A stretch of DNA of 64,000 nucleotides from the NCBI GenBank assembly GCA_963850905.1, contig CAWKMU010000003.1, forward strand, positions 2,432,001 through 2,496,000. Reading direction: 5' to 3'. The notes below the pieces were generated by a model. The model was given only the letters and a program-made list of their open reading frames with translations, searched no databases and was not told the DNA's origin. The position numbers and the translations under genes are program-made. Below are positions 51,819 through 63,637 of the stretch, one piece after another. Positions within the stretch are counted from its first letter, which is position 1; each line of letters opens with the position of its first letter. The stretch is from an uncultured Gemmatimonadales bacterium. GTDB lineage: Bacteria > Gemmatimonadota > Gemmatimonadetes > Gemmatimonadales > Gemmatimonadaceae.

Positions 51819-53509
51819 GATCCGGCTCGCCGATGATGCACCTCTTCACAGGCGCGCTTGGTGGCGGCGGGCGGCCGCCGGCGATCGGCGTCTACGCCTT
51901 CGCGTTCGCGTTGGCGGCGATCTCCGCACTCGTGTTCACCTGGTTCGTGCGCGCGCACGCGCGACGGCTGGAGCTGTTCGACCACAGTGACTCACGGAAG
52001 ACGCACGAGCGGGACGTCCCGCGCATCGGCGGTGTCGGCATCGTGCTCGCCGTGGTGTTCACGTCCATCGTCACGCTGATCGGGTTCGGGCGGCCCGAGA
52101 TGACGCCCAATATGCGCGGTCTGCTCGTCGTGTTCGCTGGTGGTATTGCGATCCACCTCGTGGGGCTGTATGACGACATTCGACAGCTCCACGCGAGGTG
52201 GAAGCTCTTCGCGCAGGTGGTCATCGCCGTGGCGGTGTTCGCGGCCGGCGTGCGCATGACGACGCTCTCGCTGCCGTTCGTGGGCGTGGTCAACCTCGGG
52301 ACCTGGGTCGGGCTGGCGTTCACGGTGGCGTGGTTCGTCGGCATCACCAATGCGTTCAATCTGATCGACGGAGTGGACGGCCTTGCGGCGGGTGCCGCGC
52401 TCTTCGCGCTCACGACCATGTTCGTGGTGGCGATCGCGAACGCCCGCTTCGGCGCGTCGCTCGCGACGTTGACGCTGGCCGGCGCGACGCTGGGCTTCCT
52501 CTACTACAATTTCCACCCGGCGACGATCTTCCTCGGCGACTCCGGCAGCCTGTTCCTCGGCTTCATGCTGGCCGGCATCGGCGCGCTGAGCGCGCAGAAG
52601 TCGCCGACGGTCGTCGCGGTGGCGATCCCGGTGGTGTCGCTTGGGCTCCCGGTGCTCGACACGTTGATTGCCGTGACGCGGCGGTTCCTGCGGCGGCAGC
52701 CGATCTTCGCGGCTGATCGCGGCCATATCCATCATCGGTTGCTCGGGCGGGGCTATTCGCCGCGGACAGTCGTGCTGACGCTGTACGCCGTGTGCGCGCT
52801 GCTCGCGCTGGGCGGGATGCTGCTCGTGAACGAGGGCGGGCACGTCGCCCTGGTGCTCGTGACGATCGGCATTGGCGTTGGCTTCCTCGTCCAACGGCTT
52901 CGGATCTACGAGTTCGAGGAGGTGGCGCGACTGCTCCGGCGGGGCGTGCAACAGCGGCATACGATCGAGCGCGGAGTCCGGATGCGCGAAGCGAGCGCTC
53001 GGCTATCGGAGATGGAGGATTTGTCGACCGTCTTCGCATCGCTCGCCGAGGTGTTTGCGGCCGATGGGTGCCCGCGAGTGGAAGTCGGCCTGCGGGTTGC
53101 GTTCCTGGATGGGCGGCGTGGCCGTGCCAGTGATCTCACGGCCGGCCGAGCGGGAGGCGGCGAGGTGACGGTGTGGAGCTGGTCTGCTGTCGACCCGACT
53201 TCGATCAATGCGCGGTGCTGGCAGGTCACGTTGCCGTTGCTCGATGAGGGAGCGGATCGGATCGGCTCGCTCGTGATCTGGCAGAGTCCCGAGACGGTGG
53301 AGTCTCCGCTACCGCATCTCCACGCCATCGCCGGCGAGCTTCGGCGACAGATCGAGGGGCGTTTGCTGTCGCTCTGGCCGGTGGGCGCCGATAAACGAGC
53401 GGAGCACGTCACCGGCGGAGCGCCCGCGCGCGTGGGACGGCGTGTGCCGGTTGGACGCGCACTCGACGGCGTGCCGAGTGGGTCGGGGCCGGCGGTCCCG
53501 GTGGCGTAG
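51815..53509 (+). CDS. WecA/TagO-like polyprenyl-phosphate sugar-1-phosphate transferase with C-terminal extension
   Basis: PRIGG, GLYDD, NAFNLIDGVDGL, IFLGDSGS, DRGHIHHRL. Confidence 0.88.
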   Translation: MRSGSPMMHLFTGALGGGGRPPAIGVYAFAFALAAISALVFTWFVRAHARRLELFDHSDSRKTHERDVPRIGGVGIVLAVVFTSIVTLIGFGRPEMTPNMRGLLVVFAGGIAIHLVGLYDDIRQLHARWKLFAQVVIAVAVFAAGVRMTTLSLPFVGVVNLGTWVGLAFTVAWFVGITNAFNLIDGVDGLAAGAALFALTTMFVVAIANARFGASLATLTLAGATLGFLYYNFHPATIFLGDSGSLFLGFMLAGIGALSAQKSPTVVAVAIPVVSLGLPVLDTLIAVTRRFLRRQPIFAADRGHIHHRLLGRGYSPRTVVLTLYAVCALLALGGMLLVNEGGHVALVLVTIGIGVGFLVQRLRIYEFEEVARLLRRGVQQRHTIERGVRMREASARLSEMEDLSTVFASLAEVFAADGCPRVEVGLRVAFLDGRRGRASDLTAGRAGGGEVTVWSWSAVDPTSINARCWQVTLPLLDEGADRIGSLVIWQSPETVESPLPHLHAIAGELRRQIEGRLLSLWPVGADKRAEHVTGGAPARVGRRVPVGRALDGVPSGSGPAVPVA

Positions 53510-54388
53510 ATGGCGACCGCGGTCGGCGCCGTTCCGGCGAACGCCGAGCGCCAGCCGAGACACGCCGTCCCGCCCGTCCGAGTCTTCGGCGCGCACCGGG
53601 GTTGGCGGTTGCTCGACCTCCGCGAGCTCTGGGAGTTTCGCGAGCTGCTCTATTTCCTCATCTGGCGCGACGTGAAGGTTCGGTACAAGCAGACCGTGCT
53701 CGGTGCCGCCTGGGCGGTGCTGCAGCCCGTGTTGTACATGGTGCTGTTCACCATCGTTTTCGGACGGCTCGCTCACCTGCCATCCGACGGGGTGCCCTAT
53801 CCGGTATTCGTCTTGGCTGGCCTGCTGCCGTGGACGTTCGTCGCCAATGCAGTGACCAGTGCCGGCACGAGTCTCGTCAACAACGCGAATCTCATCACGA
53901 AGGTCTACTTCCCTCGCCTGATCGTGCCGCTCGGCTCCGTCGGCGCGGGACTCGTGGATCTCGGGGTCGGCCTCGTGCTGCTCTTTGGCCTGCTGTGGCA
54001 TTACCATGTCGCCCTCACTCCGGGGATCGTGCTCTTGCCGCTGGTGCTCATCGAAGCGTTGGTCGTCGCAGTCGCATGCGGGGCGATGTTGTCGGCATTG
54101 ACGGTGACCTATCGCGACTTTCGATACGTCGTTCCATTCGCGGTCCAAATGTGGATGTACGCGACGCCGGTGGTGTACCCGGCGACGCTCGTTCCTGACC
54201 GCTGGCGGCCATTGCTCTGGCTGAATCCCATGGCGGGCGTCGTCGGAGGCGTTTCGCTCGCTGGCGCTCGGCCGGGCGGTTGACTGGGCGCTCGTCGCGG
54301 TCAGCGCGTGGCGTGAGCGTTGTCTGGCTGTCGTGGTTGCGGCGCGTATTTCGCGCGCGTCGAGCGGCGGTTCGTCGACGTGGTGTAG
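53510..54388 (+). CDS. wzm: Polysaccharide ABC exporter permease (Wzm), 3' end frameshifted
   Basis: RDVKVRYKQTVLG, KVYFPR, YATPVVYP, LNP; typical ERRFVDVV* end at 54388 in a shifted frame. Confidence 0.85.
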
Positions 54389-54402
54389 ACGGGATCGCAC
54401 GC

Positions 54403-55727
54403 GTGCGACCACCGGCAGTCCGGTCGACCATCTGACAAAGGACTACGTCCTCGGCGATGGCTCGCGGGGCTATGCCACCTTTCGTGAGGCTCTGACCCGC
54501 GCGGTTACAGCGCCGTTCGCGGCCGCAGTCCCGATTCGGCGCGGCGGACGCATGAGCCGGGCACCGGCGCAGCCGTTTCGGGCGCTCGACGACCTGTCGT
54601 TTCGGTGTCGCCGGGTGAGAGCGTGGCGATCGTCGGCCGAAACGGCGCGGGCAAGAGCACCGTGCTCAAGATGCTGAGCCGGATCACCGAGCCAACGGTC
54701 GGGCAGATCGCCGTTCGCGGACGGGTGGCGAGCCTGCTGGAGGTCGGCACCGGCTTTCACCCCGAGCTGACCGGCCGCGAGAACGTTTACCTCAATGGAT
54801 CGCTGCTCGGCATGCGCCGTCGCGAGATCGATCGCAAGTTCGACGCGATCGTCGACTTCGCGGAAGTCGAGCACGTTTCTCGACACGCCGGTCAAGCGCT
54901 ATTCGTCGGGGATGTACGTTCGCCTGGCCTTTGCGGTGGCGGCTCACGTCGAGCCGGACATCCTGATCGTCGATGAGGTTCTGGCGGTCGGCGATGCCGC
55001 ATTTCAACAGAAATGCCTGGGCAAGATGGAGGAGATCGGGCGGGGCGGCCGGACCGTGCTGTTCGTGAGTCACAACATGGCGGCGGTCACGCGGCTGTGT
55101 CCGCGAGCGCTTGCTGCTTCGTGGCGGGCGCCTCGCGTTCGACGGGACCGCGCTCGAAGGCGCGCGGCTGTACCTGGCGGAAGGGCGGACGGCTGCCGCG
55201 CGCCGGCGAAATCTGGCGGACTGTGCCGGCGCCGCATCGACGGGTGGGGTGAGTCGATGCGGTCTCACCGCGGTCGAGTTCATGCCAGAGCGGGCAGAGG
55301 GGTTCCAAGTTCGGCGAGCCGATGCGATTTCGAATCGAGTTCATCACTCGCGGAGCGAGGCCACGTGGGCGTGGGCATCGGCATCGATGATCTCACCGGT
55401 AACCGGATCGCGACCTGTAACAGCGAAGACTCTGGGTCGCCACGGTGCATGACACGCGGGGGAGCGTTATGCAGTCGAGCTGTGCGTACCCGATCGCTCG
55501 GCTCAAGCCGGGGGCGTACGGCGTGTCGTGCGCCGTGGTAACGGGCGAGCATATCTATGACTTCTGTCGCACCGGCGGCTTCGTTCGATGTCCATCCGAT
55601 CGATGTGCGGGACCGGGCTCCCGGTCGCGATGGGCCGGGAGGGGGCCGATGGCACTTGTCGGCGCCTGGACCGTGGACAATCGCAACGCCCGCCAGGGAG
55701 CCGTGGTGTGCGAGAGGTCGCGCATGA
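54403..55727 (+). CDS. wzt: Polysaccharide ABC exporter ATPase (Wzt) with C-terminal domain, frameshifted
   Basis: [42 protein letters not shown] across several frames; ends approximate. Confidence 0.85.
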
Positions 55728-56884
55728 CGGCCGGCGCCGGGCTGTGGCGTTCGTCGTGCATCACGCCTACTGCGACGCGCTTGGCGTGCTATCGCGAGCC
55801 GATGCGGTACTACGCGAGGCGGGCTGGCACGTGGACCTGTACATCGGTGTGTCGGCACAGCACCCGGCCCCGACTTTCCCCGGGCGAACGTGCGCTTGCT
55901 GCCACCGTCGATGTCACGGGCGGGTGCGCTGCGCCTCGTCGCGGCGCTCGTGCGGCGGCGACCGCGGTATACGCTCATTTCTGCGCCCCGACGTGGGCGC
56001 TCTATTGGGCCACGCGCGCGGCGCCGCTTCAGGCACGCCGGTCGGCGTACATCTCGGACGAGATTGATCGTCGATGCGAGCTTCGACACCTGCCAGCGTC
56101 AATGGAAGGCGCGCGAGCGTGCGGCGCACCGGCGGTGCGCGTTCACGATCGCGCTGTCGGCCGAGCGAGCGGAGTACCTGCGTGCCAGCTGCAACGGATT
56201 CCCGATGCAGACCACCCGATCTTCGTCGTGCCCAACGCGCCCCGGGCCCAGCCCGCGGCTCGCGCAGTCGCTACTACCGCGACCACTTGAGTCTGCCGAT
56301 CGGGCGGCCCCGTCGCGCTGCACGCGGGCGGCATGGGTGGGCGCCGCTTGCGGCGATTTGATCTGCGAGGCCGAGCAGTGGGAGCGAGCGGGCTCCCATG
56401 CTCGTGTGCCAGGGGCGGCTTCGCCTCGCAGATGCGTGACGCTGGTCGCACGCGGGGGCGTCACTACGTCTCGGAGCCACTGCCGAGTGAATTGCTGGAC
56501 TATGCCGTATCGTCTGCCGACGTCGGACTGGCGCTCTACGATTCGGCGAAAGAGAACGACCGCCTCATGGGGACCGCCTCGGGCAAGTTGTGTCTGTACC
56601 TGAAGAACGGCCTCCCGGTTGTACGTCGCGGCTGCCGTGCTTCGCAGTGGGTCGAGCGCGAGGGGTGCGGAGTGCGCGTGCGCACGTCGTGAAGTCCGTC
56701 CGGCGATCGAGGCGTACGCTGCCCGGGACGGTGCGGCTGAATGCCCGACGCGTACTACAACGAGCATCTGGATTTTCGCGAGCGACCTTTCGACCGGTCG
56801 CCGCATTCGTCGAGGAGCTGGCCGGTCGGCGCGACGCGCTTCGCTCGTCCGCGCGCAGGCGGCCCATCGACCGCAAGACCGTGA
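55724..56884 (+). CDS. Probable glycosyltransferase (GT-B), heavily frameshifted
   Basis: Fragments VVPNAP, SADVGLALY, SGKLCLYLKNGLPV; boundaries approximate. Confidence 0.55.
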
Positions 56885-57891
56885 CCCAATCGACCGCGGC
56901 AGGACGGCCCAGCTGTGCCATTCTCGTGCTCAACTGGAACGGCATCCCCCACCTCCAGCACCTGCTGCCATCGCTTCGCGCGGCGGTTGCGCGAGTCCGG
57001 GTCGGTCGCCCGTCGTCGTGGTCGACAACCGCAGCACGGAGCCGGACGTGGAGTGGGTACGGCACGAGTTCCCCGAGGTGGAGGTGGTCGTCGCAGCGCG
57101 CAACGACTATCTGTTCTCGCTCAACCCGGTCGTCGCGCGCGGCGCGAGGACATCGTCGTCATCCTCAACAACGACATGCGCGTCGACCCGGGCTTCCTGG
57201 CCCCGCTGCTCCGACATTTTGCGCGACCCGAGCGTCTTCGCGGCGACGGCGAACGTGTACGACTGGGATGGCACGCGAAGCACGACGGGCCAGCGCCGTA
57301 TGCAATCCGCCATGGGTGGTTCTATCAATGGTGGGATGCGCACCCTCGAGTAGCCGACGTACACCCTCGATGCGGGCGGCGGATGCGCGGCATTTCGGCG
57401 CGCAGTTCGTCGAGCTCGGCGGATTCGACCCGCTGTACCGTCCGGCGTACTTCGAAGATGTCGATCTCTCGTATCGCGCTTGGATGCGGGGCTGGCGCAC
57501 GGTCTATGAGCCCGAGAGCATCATCTACCATCGGATCGGCGCGACACTTGGACCCCCGAGCGCGGAAGCCCGGATGCAGCGACTGCTGGCGCGCAACCAC
57601 GCATTGTGCACTATGAAGAACGTGGCGGATGGGGCCGCGCTCGTATTCATTGCGGTCTACCAGTGCGGCCGCGCGGATGCACTGGCGCGGCGATCGAGGC
57701 GTGCCGCTGTCGGGGCCTGCTGGCGGCATTGGCCGGTTGCCACTGGCGCTCCTGCGGCGGGCGCAGTCGCCGCGGCCGCTCTGTCGCCGCCGCAGATCGC
57801 GGCGTCGTTGACCGCGCGGTGCCACCGGAACGCACGCTACGGCGCGTGCAGCGCTGGGACGTCTCCCCGGCCGGGCTACCGCCCTGTATGA
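56881..57891 (+). CDS. Glycosyltransferase family 2, frameshifted
   Basis: ILVLNWNG, VVVVDN, ILNND, GGFDPLYRPAYFEDVDLSYRAW. Confidence 0.8.
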   Translation: MTQSTAAGRPSCAILVLNWNGIPHLQHLLPSLRAAVARVRVGRPSSWSTTAARSRTWSGYGTSSPRWRWSSQRATTICSRSTRSSRAARGHRRHPQQRHARRPGLPGPAAPTFCATRASSRRRRTCTTGMAREARRASAVCNPPWVVLSMVGCAPSSSRRTPSMRAADARHFGAQFVELGGFDPLYRPAYFEDVDLSYRAWMRGWRTVYEPESIIYHRIGATLGPPSAEARMQRLLARNHALCTMKNVADGAALVFIAVYQCGRADALARRSRRAAVGACWRHWPVATGAPAAGAVAAAALSPPQIAASLTARCHRNARYGACSAGTSPRPGYRPV

Positions 57892-58890
57892 CAGCTGAAC
57901 TCTCCGCGACATCGCGGATCACACGATTCTCATCACCGGCGGCACGGGCTCGTTCGGCAATCGCGTGGCGACGCATCTGGCCTCGCTGAATCCGCGCCGC
58001 ATCATCATCTACAGCCGCGACGAGAAGAAGCAGTGGGAGATGCAGCAGCGGTTCCCGGACTTCGACTACGTCATCGGTGACGTCCGGGACCCGGAGCGGC
58101 TGCGAGAGGCCATGCGCGGCGTCGATCTCGTGTTTCATGCGGCCGCGCTCAAGCAGGTGCCGTCGTGCGAGGCGTACCCGTACGAGGCGTTCCAGACCAA
58201 CACCGTCGGCTCGCACAACGTGTGCGAGGCGGCGCTGCGGGCCGGGGTGCGGACGGTCGTCGCGCTCAGTACCGACAAGGCGGTCAAGCCGGTCAACGCG
58301 ATGGGCATGTCGAAGGCGATGATGGAGAAGATCGTGTGCTCGAAGAACCAGGCGCCGCTCGACACGCGGTTCTGCTGCGTCCGATACGGCAACGTCATGG
58401 GAAGCCGCGGCTCGGTCATTCCGCTGTTTCGGAAGCAGATCGAGGCCGGCGGCCCGGTCACGCTGACCGTCGGGCAAATGACGCGGTTCCTGATGACGCT
58501 CGACGAATCGGTCGATCTCGTCGTCCACGCCATGACGCACGCAACGGGCGGCGAGATCTTCGTCCGCAAGGCGCCGGCGGCGACGGTGAGCGACCTGGCG
58601 CGGGCGCTGATCGCTCAAGTACGGCGACGGCGTCGAATCCCGGTCCGGACGATTGGCATCCGGCCGGGCGAGAAGGTCGACGAGGTGCTCGTCAACGAGT
58701 ACGAGATTCAGCGTGCGCTCGAGACCGACGACTACTTCACGATCTATCCCGAGTACCGCGTGCCGGCGTAACGACCCGGTATCCGGTCGGGTACGAATAC
58801 ACGTCGGCCAACACGACGCGACTCAGCGACCCGGCGGAGATCGGGGCGCTGCTCGACCGCGTTGGGCTCGTCGAGTACTACATCTCGATG
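57888..58890 (+). CDS. UDP-GlcNAc 4,6-dehydratase/epimerase (FnlA/CapE/PseB-like), frameshifted ends
   Basis: ITGGTGSFG, SRDEKKQ, HAAALKQVPSCE, STDKAV, RYGNVMGSRGSVIP, GIRPGEK. Confidence 0.85.
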
Positions 58891-59724
58891 GCCAGCGCCG
58901 ACCGAGCGTCGCCTCTTCGTCCTCGGCCATCGCGGCATGCTGGGGCACGTCGTTAGCCGCTACGCCGCGGAAGCGGGCTGGGAGGTGGTCACGAGTCCCG
59001 TGCGCTACACGGCCGGCCCGCGCGATCCATTGATCGAGCAGGTGCGCGAGTCGGGAGCTTCCGTGGTCATCAACTGCCTCGGGCTGACGAAGCAGCGGAG
59101 CGACGATCGGGCGGCGCTCTACCTGGCGAACGCGGTGTTCCCCGTGCAACTCGCGATGCGAATGCTGCCAACGCAGTATCTCGTGCACGCCAGCACGGAC
59201 TGCGTGTTCGCGGGGACGCGCGGGGCAACTATCGCATCGATGATGAGTGCGACGCAACGGACACCTACGGTTTCTCGAAGTTGCTCGGCGAAGGCGTGTC
59301 GCGGCTGGCGAACGTCGACGGTCTTGCGTGTCTCGGTCGTCGGGCCCGGATCGGGGCGACGGCCGTGGGCTGCTCGCGTGGTTTCTCCGGCAGCCGGCGG
59401 ACCGACCGATCCCGGGCTACATCAATCATCGGTGGAACGGCATCACGACGCTCGAGTGGGCGACGATGGCGCTTGCCCACGCGGAGGAGCACATCCGCGG
59501 TGGGGTGCGCGCCGAAGCTGAGCCAGCCCGGCACCGAGGGCGTCACGAAGTACGAGCTGCTGTGCGCATTTCGCGACGCCTTTGCGCCGGACCGCGACGT
59601 CGCGCCAGTGGAGGCGGCCGAAGCGGTCGACCGCACGCTCGTCCCGACCGATCGTCGGCCTCCGTTGGCCCAGCAACTCCGACGGCTCGCGGCGTGGTAC
59701 CCGCTTGGCCGGACGGCGCGATGA
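58888..59724 (+). CDS. RmlD-like NDP-sugar reductase, frameshifted
   Basis: VLGHRGMLG, HASTDCVF, YGFSK, WNGITTLE. Confidence 0.75.
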
Positions 59725-60950
59725 CCGCGGTGTCGTCCGACCGCCGAACCGCGCGATCGCGGCCACGCCCACGGCTGCGCCGCGGCGGCGCGATCGTCAT
59801 CCTCACCGAGGATTCGAAGCCGGCACTGGGCGGGATCGCCGAATACCTCCACCAACTGGCGCTCGCGACATCGGCGACCCACGACGTGCTCATCGTGACG
59901 AGCGTGCCCGGGTGCGAACGCGCTCAATCCGGACTGCCGTTTCAGTATCGCGAGACGCGCTGGTTTCGCGCACAGGAGCGGCAGTTAGGGGGACGGATTC
60001 CCGCCTATCGGCGAATCAACACGCTGGTCTGGCATCCCAGCCGCCCGCGGTCGCGTCCGCGAGCTGCTCGCGGCCATCCACGCGCAGCAGCCTCGACTCA
60101 TCGTACGTGCTCGGTCGGCTGAGTCCCGTGACGTTTCCATGGTGCGCGCGTGCGACGATCTCGGGCTTCCGTACTCGGCGATCGGCGTATGGTCTGGAGC
60201 TCGTCGAACCGCTGCTCGACGCCGTGGCGAAACAACGTACGCGGGTTCTCGTTGGACGCCAAGCACTGGTTTGCAATCAGCTAGGATACGCGCGACAAGC
60301 TAGCGGAGATTGGAGTGCCATTCAGTCGCCAATCGCTGCTGCTGCCCGGCGTTGCGACACCGTCCGATGCTGCTTCACACTTGCCCAGCGGAGGACAGTC
60401 CGGCAGCGGTTGGGCTCGGCGATGGCCCATTCATGTTCTCGCTGTCGTATCTCCGGCGCCGCAAGGGCATCGACCTCGGGATCGAGGCGTTTGCATCAGT
60501 TGCTGACGAGTACCCGGACCTGCGGTACGTCGTTGCGGCGGGAGCGGTCCGGAGCACGCGTCACTCGTCGAGCTGGCTCGAGCTCGCGGCGTGGGCGATC
60601 GCGTGCTGTTCGCCGGCGCGATCGACGACGCGACGAAGGCTGCGCTGTTTGCCGAGTGCGAGTTCTTCATTCTGCCAAATCGCGCGGAGGCAACGACGTC
60701 GAGGGTTTCGGGATCGTCTTCCTGGAAGCGGGTTCGTATGGCAAAGCGGTGATCGGCGGCAACAACGGAGGCGTCCCCGAAGCGGTGGCGGACGGGATGA
60801 CCGGGCTTCTTGTCGACACCGGGAGCGGCCAACGTCGCTGAGGCTGTTGGGCGCTACCTTGCGAATCCTGGCGAACGGCAACCATTGGCAAACGGGGTCG
60901 TGAGCGCGCACGGCGCGAGTTTAAATGGGCGGGTCGCGGGGTGAGTTCCG
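59721..60950 (+). CDS. Glycosyltransferase family 4, frameshifted
   Basis: GGIAEY, RKGIDL, EGFGIVFLEA, GGVPEAV; 3' end unclear. Confidence 0.75.
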
Positions 60951-62175
60951 CGGGCGACTTGGAAGATTGCGGCGCAAGCCCGCGCGAACCCAGTCGCCGC
61001 AGCCGCGCTTACTTCAGTTCCGTCGTCAGGCCGGACAAGCGAGCAATCGGTTGGTATCAGGTGCGGCCGTCTTCAGACGTACTCGGGGGGGTCGACTTGC
61101 AACGTACGTCGCAGCGCGAAACGCGCGCCGTCAACGAAGAGACTCGTGGCGGCCGACATGTTGGCGTGGCTCGATCGCCCTTCGCGCCGGCGTCAGGCGG
61201 CGCGGCGGCCGGCTACCACGTCGTAGAAGGGTGGGCCGGGTCCTACCCGGAGGTCACGGGGTACTTCGTTCCAACGCTCTTGTATTACGGCGAGCGCTTT
61301 CAGAATCCCGCATTGTGCGAGATCGGCGAGCGGGCGGGTGGTTGGCCGGACACGCGCCTCCCCGGCGGCGCGATCTGTCGCAAGCAATGGTTCGCTGGTA
61401 ATATCTCGCCGAGTGTCTTCAATACGGCGCAGGTTATCGAAGGCTGGTGCGCATTGGCGCCCGGAAGCGCCTCCATCCGTTGCGGTGATTGGCTTCTGCT
61501 TGCGAGTCTGGCGATTGGCTTCTCCGCGAACAGGAGGCCGACGGAAGCTGGGTAAGAAGCGCGTTCAACGGAATTCCACACACTTATTATGCGCGCGTGG
61601 CAGCACCCCTCGCCCGGTTGGCCGTCGTGACCGGCGACGGGCGCTATGCGGGGTCCGCTCGGCGCGGACTTGATTGGGTCGTTGCCCATCAGACGACCAG
61701 CGGCTGGTTCCAGAGGGCCGGCTTTACTTCCACCGAATCGCCAACGACACACACGATTGGCTACGTCATCGAGGGGCTGCTGCAAGGAGCCGTGCTGCTC
61801 GATGAACCGCGGTACGCTGAGGCAGCTGCGCGTGCTGCTGACCGAATGCTCGCTGTGTATCGCGCGACGAACAATCCCTGGACGCTTTGCAGCCGAGTGG
61901 CGTCCTCGCGCCCGCTGGCGTTGCTTGACCGGAGATGCCCAAGTCGCGATTTCGTGGACCTTGCTGCATCGACGACTCGGAGAACGCAGCTACCGGCACG
62001 CGGCTGAACGAATGGCCGAAGATATCCGACTCACCGTACGAGTGGCAAAGGCTGGCCGGAAATCTCAGGCGGAGTGCAGGGCGCGTCGCCGGCATGGGGT
62101 GACTATGACCCGTACGGATATCCGACGCACGCGGTCAAGTTCACACTGGATTTGCTCACGCTCCTCGGGCAATGA
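60950..62175 (+). CDS. Alpha/alpha-toroid-like protein of polysaccharide loci (SYPEVTGY motif), frameshifted
   Basis: SYPEVTGYFVPTL, VFNTAQV, WLLREQEADGSW, HTYYARVA, THTIGY, CLTGDAQ; start uncertain. Confidence 0.6.
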
Positions 62176-63637
62176 ACACAGGGATGCAGTCGGTCAGTCC
62201 TACTACGGTCCCGCTTCGCGCGATCCTGCTGGCTTTTGAATTTCCCCCTCTTTCGTCGGGCGGAGTGCACCGCGCGCTGGGATTCGCGCAGACGTTGCCT
62301 TCGCTGGGAATTGAGCTCGAATGTCGTGACGGTTCTGGAGGCGGATTACGAGCGATGGACTCGGGCTTTGGTCGACCCCGCGTTGACGGCGCGCGTGCCT
62401 CAAACGGTGCGCGTGCATCGTATTGCGAGCGGTTTTCCCTCGTGGTACTGGGCGCTCACGAGCAACCGCGTGGGGTTTCGGTTGACTCAATACGGATATT
62501 GGGGGGACCCAGTCGCGGCGTTCTGGCGGCGCCCCCTATTCACGCTGCTCGACTGGCTTGTCTCCGAGCGCCGTCCGGACGTGCTCCTCGCGACCGCGCC
62601 GCCCTTTGGAGTCACTGTTCTCGCACGCGAGGCTGCCCGACGGTATCGATTACCGTGGGTTGTGGACTTCAGGGATGCGTGGACGCGTTGGTGTGTCGTG
62701 CCATGCCCGACGATTGTCCATTTCTGGCATTCGCGACGAGCCGAGCGTCGCGCGCTTCGACACGCCAATGTTGCGGTAGCCACGTCACATGTCACGCGGG
62801 GTGATTGGCTCACAGACACGCCGGCACTGGATCCGAATCGGCTTGTCACGATCTACAACGGCTTCGATTGCGAGAGGCCTGTGAGTAGCTCGACCGGCTC
62901 TGCGCGCCGCGAATGAGCGCCGGCCCCAAAGGGCCAATGCGGATGGGTCGAATCGCCACAGCGAACCGCGGCAGATCGTGTACGCGGGAAGCTTCTACTA
63001 CACGCCAGAAGCTCGTGCGGCCGCCTTGACGCCGGTCTGGCGCCGACGCCCAGACCGCTGGCTGCAGTACCGCTTTCGTCGGGAAGACTGGCTGTACCGA
63101 TCTCCCTACTTCTTTCTGCGTGGGCTTGCGCGCTTCCGCCAGCGCCGACCAGAACTTTTCCGCCGGCTGCGTGTCACCTTCGTCGGCCAGATTCCGGAAT
63201 GGCTGCCGCCCATGCTTGCCGCGACCGGAACCACAGGCGCGGTGGCACTCAGTGGTCCGGTGCCGCACGCCGAATCGCTTCGCCTCGTGTCCGAAGCCGC
63301 CGCTGTGCTGCTGACATCGGCCAAAGTCGAAGGTGGCAGGGACTACAGCATCGCGGGGAAGACGTACGAGTACTTCGCTGCTCGGGTTCCGATTATTGCT
63401 GTGCTCACGGATGGCGCGATGCGGGATCTCGTTGAGGAGTCTGGCCTCGGCCTCTTTGCTGATCCTGACGACGCGGACTCCGTGGCAGAAGTTCTGGAGC
63501 GCGTCGCTGCAGCCGAAGATCCGCACCAACTGGTCGTGCCAAATGAACGGTTCATTTGCGGCTTCGCACGGCCGGCGATCGGCGCGGCAATGGCGGCATG
63601 CTTGCGGCGAGCGGCCGCCGAGGGCCCTCGCCCGTGA
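62172..63637 (+). CDS. Glycosyltransferase (GT4-like), frameshifted
   Basis: FEFPPLSSGGVHR, ATAPPF, VDFRDAW, YNGFD, YAGSFY, GKTYEY. Confidence 0.75.
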
